From contig NC_009954.1 of assembly GCF_000018305.1 (NCBI RefSeq), positions 1,860,001 through 1,892,000 of the forward strand: a stretch of DNA of 32,000 nucleotides, in the 5' to 3' direction. Of the stretch, positions 1 through 10,329 are shown piece after piece. This stretch comes from Caldivirga maquilingensis IC-167 (lineage in GTDB: Archaea > Thermoproteota > Thermoprotei > Thermoproteales > Thermocladiaceae). The notes beneath the pieces were generated by a model. It was not told the origin of the DNA. It saw only the letters and a list, made by a program, of their open reading frames with translations, and ran no database searches. Made by a program: the position numbers and the translations under genes. How positions within the stretch are numbered: position 1 is the stretch's first letter; the number at the start of each line of letters is the position of its first letter.

Positions 1-298
1 TCTCATGAATCCTACTCTCCTTCAAACAATATTCACCTATCCCAGTAAGCCTCCTACTACGTAGTCGAAATCCTAAATTCTAACCATATCAACTCCCTGA
101 GTCCTCTCATTGCGTGAGCTATGTCCGCATTTTCCAAGGGAACCTAATTATCTTAAACCTTAACCAATAGGCGCACTGCGATTCTTCAGCTAGCCTGATG
201 CTTCAGCACTTAATGTACTATCCATTATCCTTAAGGATTCCCGCACTCAATGGTATTCGAAATTCCCAGCTCGAGGAACTTTAATTCACTGTCTTTAA

Positions 299-1135
299 TT
301 ATTTTAAACAAAGGCTCCTCAGAATCTTTATAATTATTAGTAAGGCCTTATTTATGGGTGTGGGTATGCCGAGGAGGCTACCGTATTTGGTTATGGCTCC
401 ATTAATGTAATCAATCTCTGTTTCCCTACAGTTCATTAAGTCCTGGAGCATTGATGAATAATTATTACTGGTTTTAGAAGCCACATCTAGGGTTTCGGCT
501 ACGGGATCTCTGGGTAGGTTAATACCCAATGCCTTAACCACAGCAACACCCTCATTGATTACTTCTAGGGCCAATTCCCTGGCTAATTCATTATTAATCA
601 ATATACCGTTTGGTGACTTAAGTATCGTGGTTATGGGGTTTATTGCAGCATTAACAATAACCTTCAACCACCTGAAGGGTTCCACATCATCCACAACCAC
701 CACATTGGCACCACCACTCCTAAGTATATCAGCCAACTCACCTAGGGCACTTGGCATTATTATCTCACCTAACCCCTTAACCTCTGTGATATTTCCATGT
801 CTCGTAACGCCATAAGTCACCACAGCACTGTAACCAACACCCAGTCTCTCCTTTATTAACTCAAGACCACCAATACCATTTTGGAAAACCACTGGCGTTC
901 CCTTAATCTTATTTATCACGTTCACTGTATCATACGCCTTAACAGCAATTAATGTGTACTTAACCTCGCTTGGTAATTCTTGAACTAATTTAATGCTTAG
1001 GTCATAATCACCATTAAGCCTAATGATGTATCTGTCATATAAAGTCCTCGTTATTACGTATGGTGTAAACCCAGCCCTGTTTAGGAAGTAGGTTAGTAAC
1101 GAGCCCACGGCCCCAAGACCTATTATGCTAAACAT
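299..1135 (-). CDS. panE: 2-dehydropantoate 2-reductase (ketopantoate reductase, ApbA/PanE family)
   Basis: 278-aa ORF. N-terminal Rossmann GxGxxG 'IIGLGAVGS'. ApbA-type C-terminal blocks 'NAAINPITTILKSPNG', 'SSMLQDL', 'EIDYINGAI'. Confidence 0.8.
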   Translation of the reverse strand: MFSIIGLGAVGSLLTYFLNRAGFTPYVITRTLYDRYIIRLNGDYDLSIKLVQELPSEVKYTLIAVKAYDTVNVINKIKGTPVVFQNGIGGLELIKERLGVGYSAVVTYGVTRHGNITEVKGLGEIIMPSALGELADILRSGGANVVVVDDVEPFRWLKVIVNAAINPITTILKSPNGILINNELARELALEVINEGVAVVKALGINLPRDPVAETLDVASKTSNNYSSMLQDLMNCRETEIDYINGAITKYGSLLGIPTPINKALLIIIKILRSLCLK

Positions 1136-1537
1136 AGGACCTCAATATTCTTATAATTTAAGGAAATTTATTGCTTTCACATCATAATAAAACCTAATAT
1201 AGTAGGGCAGTAAAAATGCTGCAATGACTAGGGCATTAATGATAGAGGGTAAGGTTACGAATTAGGTTAAGCCGTGACGAAGGACATTAATGAGTTTAAA
1301 GCTTTATAGGAGGATTGTTGAGGAAAGGTGAATAATAAGGAGCATCAAGGAACTTGAGAGTATGAGTGATGATGGTTCCATAAATGAGATTTGGTGAATA
1401 TGGTAGGTCCAGGGTAATGTTAAGGTGTAAGATGAGTCATGTCAATGTTATGGCTAGCAATAGGGATGAGTCGATAGAGGTATGGGTTTTGATGTATTGC
1501 GGTGATGTTAGTATGTACGTATTACCCTGGTACATGG

Positions 1538-2134
1538 TCATTTCTTAACTAGGTTTGATATGAACCATTCATGAACCAGGATTGTTGTTAACTCCGGGTG
1601 AAAAGTTAAAGCAAGCATGTTGTTCTCAATGACCACTGGGTAATTGTCACCGTAGGCCACCAGTGGTTTTGCAGAGCCCCAGTACTTAACTATGGCTGGT
1701 GCCCTTATGAAGACAGCCCTTACTGTGCCAATACCCTCAATGTTAAGCGTGGTTTCGAAGGATTCCCTCTGTCTACCGTAGAAGTTCCTGACCACAGATA
1801 TATTCATGATTCCTAACACACCTTGACCGGTCTCACCCATAATCCTATCCTTAACCTCCCTAGCCATGAATATGGCGCCTGCGCATGTACCCATTGCAGG
1901 AAGCCCATTGGATACCTCATCACGGAGCGCATTCATTAGGTTGCTCTTAGACGTGAGTCTCCATATGCTCGTGGATTCACCACCAGGGATTATTATTCCT
2001 GATAAGCCCCTTAAATCATCAATCCTCTTAACCCTGGCCACGTCACCGCTTATGCCCAACTCATCCATAGCCTTTTTAACGGCGTACTCATGCTCTTCCA
2101 CATCACCTTGCACCGCAAGTATGCCGATCTTCAT
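1538..2134 (-). CDS. pdxT: Pyridoxal 5'-phosphate synthase, glutaminase subunit PdxT
   Basis: 198-aa ORF. 'MKIGILAVQGDVEEH', nucleophile elbow 'GTCAGAIFMA', C-terminal 'FHPELT'. Starts 2 nt after the pdxS stop, so the two form an operon. Confidence 0.93.
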   Translation of the reverse strand: MKIGILAVQGDVEEHEYAVKKAMDELGISGDVARVKRIDDLRGLSGIIIPGGESTSIWRLTSKSNLMNALRDEVSNGLPAMGTCAGAIFMAREVKDRIMGETGQGVLGIMNISVVRNFYGRQRESFETTLNIEGIGTVRAVFIRAPAIVKYWGSAKPLVAYGDNYPVVIENNMLALTFHPELTTILVHEWFISNLVKK

Positions 2135-2136
2135 TA

Positions 2137-3156
2137 TTAAACACCCCTCGTCTGCAGTAATTCCTCGGATTTGAGGGTCTTCACATCGATGCCCATCATC
2201 GCTGACCTCTCACTAACCATCCTCTGAGCCTCAATGACAGCCTCTGGGTCATCCCAGTACGCCGTGGCTAGGACAATGGCCTCAGCCCTCTGCTTTGGGT
2301 CCTGGCTCTTAAAGATTCCTGAACCCACGAATACTCCGTCAGCGCCGAGCCACATCATCAGCGCTGTATCCGCTGGCGTGGCTATGCCTCCCGCTGCAAA
2401 TGTTATGACTGGTAATCTACCGAGCCTAGCCGTTAAGGTGACTAGCTCCATGGGTACTTGGCACTGCCTGGCGAGATCCCTTAGCTTCTCCTCATCACCA
2501 CCCCTGTACGCTGAGGTTAGTTCCTGAATGGCCTTGTTCAGTAATTTAAAGTGCTTAACCGCCTCGCTAACATTACCCGTGCCCGCCTCACCCTTACTCC
2601 TAATCATTGATGCACCCTCGGAGATCCTCCTCAAGGCTTCGCATAACTCCCTGCACCCGTTTACGAAGGGTACCTTGAACATCCACTTATTAATGTGGTG
2701 CTGCTCATCCACCGGAGTAAGTACTTCGGATTCATCTATTAGATCCACACCAATGGATTCAAGTAAAACAGCCTCATAGTAATGCCCAATCCTGACCTTA
2801 GCGCTCACGGGTATTGTTACGTGGTTCATCACATCCTCAATAACCTTCAAATCAGCCATCCTAGCCACACCACCAGCCTTCCTAACATCATAGGGTAGTT
2901 TATCCAGGACCATGACACCTACAGCGCCCGCCTCCTCGGCAATCTGAGCCTGCTCCACATTGGTTACGTCCATGATCACGCCATTCCTAAGCATGGCTGG
3001 GAAACCAACCTTAACATTAACAGTACCAGGTACGGCATCTGGTAGCTTAACGGGCCACTGGACACCAACCTCCCTAAGCCTATCTCTAAGCTCAAGCATA
3101 CCGTAGAGGAAGTCCCTGAGTTTAACCAAGTACTCAAGTCCAGTAACTATCGACAT
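2137..3156 (-). CDS. pdxS: Pyridoxal 5'-phosphate synthase, synthase subunit PdxS
   Basis: 339-aa ORF with near-invariant PdxS/SNZ blocks: '[20 protein letters not shown]', '[18 protein letters not shown]', '[16 protein letters not shown]', '[16 protein letters not shown]', '[31 protein letters not shown]'. It carries the crenarchaeal-style N-terminal extension. Confidence 0.95.
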   Translation of the reverse strand: MSIVTGLEYLVKLRDFLYGMLELRDRLREVGVQWPVKLPDAVPGTVNVKVGFPAMLRNGVIMDVTNVEQAQIAEEAGAVGVMVLDKLPYDVRKAGGVARMADLKVIEDVMNHVTIPVSAKVRIGHYYEAVLLESIGVDLIDESEVLTPVDEQHHINKWMFKVPFVNGCRELCEALRRISEGASMIRSKGEAGTGNVSEAVKHFKLLNKAIQELTSAYRGGDEEKLRDLARQCQVPMELVTLTARLGRLPVITFAAGGIATPADTALMMWLGADGVFVGSGIFKSQDPKQRAEAIVLATAYWDDPEAVIEAQRMVSERSAMMGIDVKTLKSEELLQTRGV

Positions 3157-3632
3157 AACGATGATGCAGCAAAGGGTTAGATAAGTCTTGTTAAACGTTT
3201 AATAAGGATGCTGTTTGAATTATGATTATAATCCACATGAACTCTGTATTTAAGTAAAGGATTTAACAAATAGTATATCTAATGATATTAATCAGTAATA
3301 AAGCAATAATTATACTATAGTGCACTTAAGGTTTTGTTTTATGGACTTAACTGTAAATATAGAAAATCAATATATTATCTAAGCCATCATACGTTAATAG
3401 ATCCTTATGACCCCTATTGTTGAAGGATTCTGCAGAATATGGAATCATAAGGCTTGGGGGTAAATGCTATAAACTAATGCACAAACGTAAATTTAACCAT
3501 GTCTTTATCCACTACTTGTGTCTAGGATTTAAATGCATCCAACTTCCATAGCTCTAGAAGTCTTATTCTATATTATAGTGTAAACTATTTAAATCAGAAC
3601 TTGAAGTACAAATAGGGATCTTTCTGATTAGA

Positions 3633-4871
3633 GTGGGGGGTCTAACCATACCTACTATGGATGATATAGATATACGATCAAAGAAGGTTCTATTACGCAT
3701 AGACATAAATTCCCCTGTGGATGAGAACGGCAAGATAATAGATGATTCTAGAATAAAGGCGCATGTTGAGACAATTAAGGAGTTAATTGATAAGGATAAT
3801 TCCGTTGTGTTAATGTCACACCAGGGTAGGCCTGGGGACAAGGATTTCATAAGTCTAGAGGAGCACTCCAAATTAATTTCAAAGCATTTAAATAGAGAAG
3901 TGATTTTCGTGGATGATGTAATAGGCCCATATGCAAGGGAAATTATTAAAAATCTAAAAAACGGTGAAATTTTACTTTTAGATAACGTGAGATTAATCTC
4001 AGAGGAATTGATCGAGGCCCCACCGCAGCAGCATGTAAAAACCTTTTTAGTAAGGAAATTGACCCCATTCTTCAATATTTACATCAATGATGCATTCGCT
4101 ACTGCGCATAGAAGTCAGCCAAGTATTGTAGGTTTTCCTCTAGTTTTACCATCAGCTGCTGGAAGAGTGATGGAGAGGGAAGTTTCCGCCTTGGCTAGGA
4201 TTTTTAATGCCGAAGATACGCCTAAAATATTTGTATTAGGCGGCGGTAAGGTTCACGATACTATTAGGATAATTGAGAATCTAATGAGAACAAGGATAGC
4301 AGATAGAATACTTACTGGGGGTTTAGTTGCAGAATTGTTTTCTGTCGCTAAAGGAATGAATTTAAATACGAAGAATATGGAGATCTTGGAAAGAATGGGT
4401 ATTTTAAGCCTAGTTCCTAGGGCTAGAAAACTACTTCTAAGTGGAGCTCCAATCGAAATACCAGTTGATTATAAGGTAGAAATAAACGGAAACGTAATTG
4501 AGGAACCAGCTAGTAAGATCACTGGTGTTATAAAGGATATTGGACCCGCCACTGTGGAAATATACTCATCACTTATAAAAGACGCTAAGGTAGTGGTTTT
4601 GAGGGGACCAATGGGGGTAATAGAAGATGAGAGATTCAGGGATGGAAGTAAGAGTGTTCTAAAAGCATCACTGGAGGGATGGGGTTACGTTATAATAGGA
4701 GGAGGACATATGATAAGTGCTTTAGATAAGGATATGAAGATTGACAATAATAAGGTTCACATCTCCACTGGAGGAGGAGCTCTTCTCTTATTCCTATCCG
4801 GGGAACGTTTACCAGCGTTAGAGGCATTATCAATGTCGATGACAAACAGGGTGATGAATAATGCCAGTTAA
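3633..4871 (+). CDS. pgk: Phosphoglycerate kinase (archaeal type)
   Basis: 412-aa ORF. '[11 protein letters not shown]', 'SHQGRPG', '[13 protein letters not shown]', 'ISTGGGALL'. GTG at 3633, with an alternative ATG at 3657 ([10 protein letters not shown]...). AT-rich with AGA-dominated Arg codons. Confidence 0.92.
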   Translation: MGGLTIPTMDDIDIRSKKVLLRIDINSPVDENGKIIDDSRIKAHVETIKELIDKDNSVVLMSHQGRPGDKDFISLEEHSKLISKHLNREVIFVDDVIGPYAREIIKNLKNGEILLLDNVRLISEELIEAPPQQHVKTFLVRKLTPFFNIYINDAFATAHRSQPSIVGFPLVLPSAAGRVMEREVSALARIFNAEDTPKIFVLGGGKVHDTIRIIENLMRTRIADRILTGGLVAELFSVAKGMNLNTKNMEILERMGILSLVPRARKLLLSGAPIEIPVDYKVEINGNVIEEPASKITGVIKDIGPATVEIYSSLIKDAKVVVLRGPMGVIEDERFRDGSKSVLKASLEGWGYVIIGGGHMISALDKDMKIDNNKVHISTGGGALLLFLSGERLPALEALSMSMTNRVMNNAS

Positions 4872-5886
4872 CGTAGCTATTAATGGCTATGGTACCATAG
4901 GGAAGAGAGTTGCTGATGCCGTCATGAAACAACCAGACATGAAACTAGTGGGAGTTGCGAAAACATCCCCAAATTACGAAGCATTTATAGCACATCGCAA
5001 GGGAATAAAGATCTACGTACCGCAGCAGTCTATTAAGAAATTTGATGAGGTTGGAATACCAGTGGCAGGTACAATAGAGGATCTAATAAAAGCCGCAGAT
5101 ATTATAGTGGATGCTACACCCAATGGTGTTGGTGCTCAATATAAATTAATTTACCAACAATTACAGAAAAACGCCATATTTCAAGGAGGTGAAAAAGCAG
5201 AGATAGCCGATGCTTCATTCTCAGCCTTATGTAATTACAATGAAGCCCTTGGTAAAAAATACATTAGAGTAGTATCGTGTAACACTACAGCACTACTTAG
5301 AACAATATGCGCAATAAATAAGGTCAGTAAAGTGGAGAAAGTTAGAGCAACGATAGTTAGAAGAGCCGCTGATCAAAAGGAGGTTAAGAAAGGTCCCATA
5401 AATTCACTAGTACCTGATCCTGCATTAGTGCCGAGCCATCATGCAAAAGATGTTAACAGTGTCATAAGGAATTTAGATATAGTTACGATGGCAGTAATAG
5501 CCCCAACAACATTAATGCATATGCACTTTATCAATATAACCTTAAGAGACAGAGTAGAGAAGAAAGATGCACTCAGCGTTCTGGAGAATACTCCTAGAAT
5601 AGTCCTAGTTTCTTCAAAGTATGGTGCAGAAGCCACAGCAGAATTAGTAGAAGTAGCGAGGGATTTAAGAAGAGATAGAAATGATATTCCAGAGGTAATG
5701 GTATTTAGTGACTCGGTTTACGTTAAGGATAATGAAGTCATGTTCATGTACGCAGTGCACCAAGAATCAATAGTGGTGCCAGAGAATATAGATGCAATAA
5801 GAGCCTCCATGAGATTAATGAGCGCGGAAGACTCAATAAGAATCACTAATGAAAGCTTAGGAATATTAAAGGGGTATCTAATATGA
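4861..5886 (+). CDS. gap: Glyceraldehyde-3-phosphate dehydrogenase, archaeal (class II) type
   Basis: 341-aa ORF. '[15 protein letters not shown]', active-site 'VVSCNTTAL', 'PSHHAKDV'. Overlaps the pgk 3' end by 11 nt. Confidence 0.95.
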   Translation: MPVNVAINGYGTIGKRVADAVMKQPDMKLVGVAKTSPNYEAFIAHRKGIKIYVPQQSIKKFDEVGIPVAGTIEDLIKAADIIVDATPNGVGAQYKLIYQQLQKNAIFQGGEKAEIADASFSALCNYNEALGKKYIRVVSCNTTALLRTICAINKVSKVEKVRATIVRRAADQKEVKKGPINSLVPDPALVPSHHAKDVNSVIRNLDIVTMAVIAPTTLMHMHFINITLRDRVEKKDALSVLENTPRIVLVSSKYGAEATAELVEVARDLRRDRNDIPEVMVFSDSVYVKDNEVMFMYAVHQESIVVPENIDAIRASMRLMSAEDSIRITNESLGILKGYLI

Positions 5887-6293
5887 ATGAACCATCTTAT
5901 TCTATAAGCTTCTGGTTAAGGAGAATACTAGTGCCAGTGGATGGCTCTGAGAATAGTTTAAGGGCATTGGATCTTGCAGTAGACTTCGGTATGAGATACG
6001 GCTCTAGAATAACTATAGTACATGTATGTAACGACTGTAGCGATGTGAATGATATACAATCACTTATTGAAAAGAGAGTAAACAATAAGATTAAATACGA
6101 TTTAAAAATAATTAAGATAAACGTAAATGAATCCAGTGTTTCAAATGAAATATTAAAAATAATAAATGAGGAACCTTATGATGCAATAATAATGGGTGCA
6201 AGAGGAACTTCACTAAATAGCGATATAAATATAGGCTCTACAGCGTTAGCAGTATCGATAAATGCCCCAGTATCCGTAATATTAGTTAGATGA
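5883..6293 (+). CDS. Universal stress protein (UspA family)
   Basis: 136-aa ORF. 'ILVPVDGSENSLRALDLA', 'IIMGARGTS', 'IGSTALAVSINAPVSVILV'. Its ATG overlaps the gap stop (ATGA at 5883-5886), so it is likely translationally coupled. Confidence 0.8.
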   Translation: MNEPSYSISFWLRRILVPVDGSENSLRALDLAVDFGMRYGSRITIVHVCNDCSDVNDIQSLIEKRVNNKIKYDLKIIKINVNESSVSNEILKIINEEPYDAIIMGARGTSLNSDINIGSTALAVSINAPVSVILVR

Positions 6294-6431
6294 TTAAAAG
6301 AACCCGTGAAGCACTTTTAACCTAAATTTATTAATTTGGCAATTTTTGCCAGTTAACTAAGGTTGAATTAGCTGCCTACCACGGTGTTTTGCATAATAAG
6401 AACTATATTTCAATAGCCTTTACCTTGATCA

Positions 6432-7358
6432 ATGAGTAAGGAGGCATTGATTAAGGAGATTAAGGGATTAAAGCAGGAGAGGAATGCCATAATACTGGGT
6501 CATAATTACATGGACATGGATGTACAATTAATAGCGGACTTCACAGGTGATTCCTACGACCTGGCGGTTAAGGCCATGGAGACTAAGGCTGAGGTCATAG
6601 TCTTCGCAGGGGTTAGGTTCATGGCTGAGCAGGCTAAGGCTTTGAACTACGATAGGGAAGTACTATCACCAGACTTGAATGCGGGGTGCACAATAGCGGA
6701 TGCACTGGATACGGAGACCTTGAGGGAGTATAGGGAGAGGTATCCTGGGGTTCCTGTTGTTCTCTACATTAACTCAAACATAGATGTTAAGGCCATGGCT
6801 GATTACATAGTCACCTCCTCAACGGCAGTTAAAGCAGTTAGGAAGATACCGGGTGATACTGTAATATTTGGGCCAGACTACAACCTGGCTACCTACGTTG
6901 AGAGGATGACTAGTAAGAAAATAATCAAGGTGCCACCGAACGGTAAGTGCATTGTGCATGGGAACTACGTGCCTGATTACATTAGGGAGGCGAGGACTAA
7001 GTACCCTGGGGCTAAGGTAATGATTCACCCAGAGGCGCCCTTGAACATTATTGACCTAGTGGACTTCGTGGGCTCCACAAACCAGATGATAGAATTTGCA
7101 AGGAATAGCGAGGCCAGGGAGTTCATAGTAGGTACTGAAATTGGGATGATAAATGCGCTTAAACTAAAGGTCCCGGGTAAGGAATTCTACCCATTAACCA
7201 CCGAGCCCATAGCCCGTTGCCCCTTCATGGCTATGATTACACTAGAGAAGATCTATAGGTCCCTGAGGGATGATGTTTACAGAGTTGAAATACCTGGGAA
7301 CATAGCCGAGGCTGTTAGAGAGGCTTTCGAGAGGACTAGGAAGCTACTTGGTGATTAG
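6432..7358 (+). CDS. nadA: Quinolinate synthase NadA
   Basis: 308-aa ORF. 'ERNAIILGHNYM', 'DFTGDSYDLA', 'FAGVRFMAEQAK', 'IVTSSTAV', 'GTEIGMI'. Confidence 0.93.
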   Translation: MSKEALIKEIKGLKQERNAIILGHNYMDMDVQLIADFTGDSYDLAVKAMETKAEVIVFAGVRFMAEQAKALNYDREVLSPDLNAGCTIADALDTETLREYRERYPGVPVVLYINSNIDVKAMADYIVTSSTAVKAVRKIPGDTVIFGPDYNLATYVERMTSKKIIKVPPNGKCIVHGNYVPDYIREARTKYPGAKVMIHPEAPLNIIDLVDFVGSTNQMIEFARNSEAREFIVGTEIGMINALKLKVPGKEFYPLTTEPIARCPFMAMITLEKIYRSLRDDVYRVEIPGNIAEAVREAFERTRKLLGD

Positions 7359-7361
7359 GCA

Positions 7362-8813
7362 ATGATCTACATAATCGGTAGTGGTATAGCGGGGCTTTCA
7401 GCCGCGATTTCACTGAAGATGAGTAATTACCCAGTTACCGTGATTACTAAGAGGGTTCAGGGAGGCTCAAGCTACGAATCAAGGGGTGGAATAGCAGCCG
7501 CAACGGCACCCAATGATTCACCTGAGCTCCATGCCCAAGACACCATAGCCGTGGGTGATGGATTATGCGATGTTAAGTCAGTGGATTACTTCACAAGGGA
7601 GGCCCTAGAGGCCATAGAGACCTTGGAGAAATGGGGGTTTGAGTTCGATAAGGACCTTAGGCTTGAGGCAGGTCATAGTAGGAGAAGGGTTCACCATAGG
7701 ATGGACTCCACAGGCATGTTCCTAACGAACTTCCTACTTAAACTAGCCACTAAGCTTGGTATCAATATTGTTGAGGATAGGGTTATGGCATTGAAGGTTA
7801 GGGGTAATGTTGTTAAAGGCTTCATAACCACTGGGGGTGTTTCCATAGATGATGCCGACTCTGTGATATTGGCAACGGGCGGTTACGCCTACCTCTGGAG
7901 CTACACCTCAAACCCACGTGACAATACAGGCGATGGTGTTGCCTTAGCCTTTAGGGCTGGTGCCGTTGTTGGTGACTTGGAATTCGTTCAATTCCACCCC
8001 ACGGTCACTGTAATAGACGGCGAATCCTTCCTATTAACAGAGACCCTTAGGGGTGAGGGCGCGGTTTTAATTAATGATAAGGGTGAGAGATTCGCTTTCA
8101 AGTACCATGAAAAGGGTGAATTAGCACCTAGGGATGTGTTGTCCAGGGCTATTTACAATGAGTATAGGCTTGGGCGCAGGGTTTACATGGATTTAAAGCC
8201 CATTGATAATTTCGAGATCAAATTCCCATCAGTTAACGAATTCCTGAGACGCCATGGACTTACCAGGAATGACTTAATACCCGTAGTCCCAGGTGCCCAT
8301 TACTCAATAGGTGGCGTTAGGGTTAATATCAGGGGTGAATCAACAATAAGGGGACTCTATGCAATCGGTGAAGTTGCGAATACGGGGCTACACGGCGCCA
8401 ATAGACTAGCCAGTAATTCACTGCTCGAGGCCCTGGTCATGGGAATCAACATGCCATTGCACATTGGTGAGGATTGGGAAGGCCCAGACCTAAACGATGG
8501 GGAGGTTCTGAACGTTAAACTACCAAGTGGTAGTCGTGAGATGGGTCTTGAGGAAATTAGGAGGCTTAATTGGGATTACCTGGGTATTATTAGGGATGGG
8601 GATGAATTAAGTAGATTAATCAGTATTTATGAGGATGTTTATTTAACAGGGATTGATGAGTGGTCGAATGCGGCATTGATTTCCTACTTAACGGCTAAGG
8701 CAGCCTTAATGAGAAAAGAGTCACGGGGCTCACATTACAGGGCTGATTATCCTAGTAGGGATGATGCCAGGTTCAGAAGAAGGATTTACTTCAGGATGAT
8801 GGATCATGATTAA
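7362..8813 (+). CDS. nadB: L-aspartate oxidase NadB
   Basis: 483-aa ORF. FAD fold '[12 protein letters not shown]', '[10 protein letters not shown]', '[26 protein letters not shown]', '[12 protein letters not shown]'. Starts 3 nt after the nadA stop. Confidence 0.93.
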   Translation: MIYIIGSGIAGLSAAISLKMSNYPVTVITKRVQGGSSYESRGGIAAATAPNDSPELHAQDTIAVGDGLCDVKSVDYFTREALEAIETLEKWGFEFDKDLRLEAGHSRRRVHHRMDSTGMFLTNFLLKLATKLGINIVEDRVMALKVRGNVVKGFITTGGVSIDDADSVILATGGYAYLWSYTSNPRDNTGDGVALAFRAGAVVGDLEFVQFHPTVTVIDGESFLLTETLRGEGAVLINDKGERFAFKYHEKGELAPRDVLSRAIYNEYRLGRRVYMDLKPIDNFEIKFPSVNEFLRRHGLTRNDLIPVVPGAHYSIGGVRVNIRGESTIRGLYAIGEVANTGLHGANRLASNSLLEALVMGINMPLHIGEDWEGPDLNDGEVLNVKLPSGSREMGLEEIRRLNWDYLGIIRDGDELSRLISIYEDVYLTGIDEWSNAALISYLTAKAALMRKESRGSHYRADYPSRDDARFRRRIYFRMMDHD

Positions 8814-9103
8814 GGAACCCTGAAGTTAATAATGTTGTGAATTATGGTTCATTAATACATGCTGATGAACTATTTACTATTGAGAGGTTAGTGGTATTAG
8901 CTCGCGCAGAATTTAACCTGTGGATAAAGAATAAGCACACTTCACTATACAGGCTTAGAGGGCTTGATAAGACTTGCAGAGTAAGCTTCGCAAAGAAGGT
9001 TCAAGCGGAGTACTGTAGAGGCTTGGTATCCGTGCCTTCTGATTAATCAACAATACTGTCACTCACCAGGTTAAGCTTAGTTATTTCCCTCATGATAGTG
9101 GGG

Positions 9104-9265
9104 TTAACGAAGCCATTGGCCTCCAACAAATCCTCTTAATACCCTGACTCGGTTTCTTACCCCCTTAAGTGAGCCCCTTGGTATTAAGCACTCATTTACG
9201 CATACATGGCAGTGATAATAACTCTCATTAGGAGGAGTGAAGGTAATTCCACGCTCAACCCTCAC
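9104..9265 (-). CDS. Hypothetical 53-codon Cys-containing small ORF downstream of the radical SAM gene (precursor peptide or gene remnant)
   Basis: I read this manually from the minus strand; it is below the 60-aa cutoff of the ORF track. GTG at 9265, TAA at 9104-9106. It encodes MRVERGITFTPPNESYYHCHVCVNECLIPRGSLKGVRNRVRVLRGFVGGQWLR, with a C-x2-C-x3-C cluster and an Arg-rich tail. It lies 101 nt downstream of the rSAM stop on the same strand. I recognise no homology. Confidence 0.2.
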   Translation of the reverse strand: MRVERGITFTPPNESYYHCHVCVNECLIPRGSLKGVRNRVRVLRGFVGGQWLR

Positions 9266-9366
9266 CTAGCCCTGAACCTCATAATAATTACCAATACCTC
9301 AGTTGTATTAATTCCTTCACTTAGCTAAGGTCCTATTCATACCTCATTATCTCTGCATATTAATAA

Positions 9367-10329
9367 TTAAACACCGTATAATCTATAGCAGGTAATGCAT
9401 GGACTGGGTGGCATTAAATCCATGCTATATTCATTGATAGAAGTAGAGTCTTGGTGTCTTCTTATAAATTTAAACCTAAATTCTCGATAGGCTTCACTAT
9501 TCCATATGTTCATAATTCTATCATTGTTTAAGTTCCCGAAGATTACCTTCTTTACTTTAAAACATTTACCCATGAAGCAACGGGGTATATAGTTACTTCT
9601 TGTTGGTAGGTTTAGGAAGACGCATGGTGAGACATAGCCATCAACATTTATGAATATGGTTTCAGTGGGCCTCTCAGGACATTCAGTGAGTTCCCAGCAA
9701 TTTAGTGAGTATGTGAATAATTTAATGCCTAACTCCCTAGCCCTTCTTAGTGTTAAATTAATTATACGTTCGTAGATCTTAAATTCTCTCTCCATGGGGT
9801 CTGAGAATGCCTTTGACATAATCATATCCTTATTTAATATATACGATAGGTTGTCAAGCACTACTTCCTCAATCCCCAGGTTATTGACCAGCTCTATGAA
9901 GTCGGGTAATTCGTGGATATTTACTGGCATCATGATATAACTAGCTACTACTCTGGAACCACTCTTTAACATGTCCTTAATTTTAATGAGTTCTCTTACG
10001 TTATTAATGAGAATATTGAAGTCACAGCCTCTCCTTATAGCATTATGTGTTGATGGAAAAGTCCCCGCGAAAGTCACTGCAATTATATCAATCCCTGATT
10101 CTAATAACATACGTGCATAATGCTCATTTAGTAACATTCCATTTGTTGTGAGACCGAAATTAACATTATTACGAACTTCATTAATAATGCTTGAAAGATT
10201 GGGGTGTAAGAGGGATTCACCCCACCCCTGTAAGTGCACGTACCTCACAGACCCCATGCTTAGTAACTCCTTTATCACGCGACTGTATAATTTAAGGTCC
10301 ATGAACCTAGAAATCCACTCACTCCTCAA
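9367..10329 (-). CDS. Radical SAM / SPASM-like domain protein; the Fe-S motif lies 5' of the listed TTG start and the frame stays open to 10476
   Basis: 320-aa track ORF with 'HLQGWGESLLHP' (GGEPLL-like), 'GLTTNG', and a Cys-rich C-terminal part ('CWELTECP', 'DGYVSPCVF', 'CFMGKCF', 'SPCITCYRLYG') typical of SPASM/twitch domains. The in-frame upstream codons read ...IFNTYPRIAQIEISTSCNASCIYCPRTV, which places CxxxCxxC at 10342-10365. No ATG, GTG or TTG occurs between the upstream TAG (10477-10479) and the TTG at 10329. Confidence 0.75.
   Translation of the reverse strand: MRSEWISRFMDLKLYSRVIKELLSMGSVRYVHLQGWGESLLHPNLSSIINEVRNNVNFGLTTNGMLLNEHYARMLLESGIDIIAVTFAGTFPSTHNAIRRGCDFNILINNVRELIKIKDMLKSGSRVVASYIMMPVNIHELPDFIELVNNLGIEEVVLDNLSYILNKDMIMSKAFSDPMEREFKIYERIINLTLRRARELGIKLFTYSLNCWELTECPERPTETIFINVDGYVSPCVFLNLPTRSNYIPRCFMGKCFKVKKVIFGNLNNDRIMNIWNSEAYREFRFKFIRRHQDSTSINEYSMDLMPPSPCITCYRLYGV

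Noticed and set aside
1-298. Possible partial gene running off the left edge on the minus strand, in a G-poor plus-strand region.
   Set aside because: Multiple stops occur in all frames within the window except the last 70 or so nt, and there is no recognisable motif. It cannot be supported.
555-815. An 86-aa plus-strand ORF inside panE, and similar track ORFs antisense to strong genes: 1866..2174, 2234..2527, 2528..2779, 5439..5636, 5897..6085, 6819..7028, 14544..14750, 15930..16178, 18176..18370, 21351..21596, 21726..21932, 22427..22687, 22769..23086, 26169..26360, 26839..27234, 27972..28391, 28509..28778, 30089..30301, 30817..31116, 31153..31563, 31681..31980.
   Set aside because: Each lies fully within, and antisense to, an ORF with unmistakable family motifs. 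The products are Ser/Pro/Thr/Leu-rich low-information sequences typical of shadow frames.
1365-1400. GTGATGA followed by 12 nt (TGGTTCCATAAA), as a possible C/D sRNA in the panE-pdxT spacer.
   Set aside because: No CTGA D box occurs anywhere in the following 80 or so nt on that strand.
3563-4075. A 170-aa minus-strand ORF overlapping the pgk 5' region.
   Set aside because: It is antisense to a well-supported pgk. In AT-rich DNA long antisense frames arise by chance. The product is Ser/Ile/Phe-rich with no motif.
6343-6357. A small hairpin TGGCAATTTTTGCCA after usp, as a possible terminator.
   Set aside because: It has only a 5-bp stem. Archaeal termination relies mainly on T-tracts. This is too weak to call as a feature.
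8837-9046. A 69-aa GTG-start ORF after nadB, considered as a possible NadC remnant.
   Set aside because: It has no resemblance to quinolinate phosphoribosyltransferase or anything else I recognise, and it has a weak start. I mention it only as part of the junction region.
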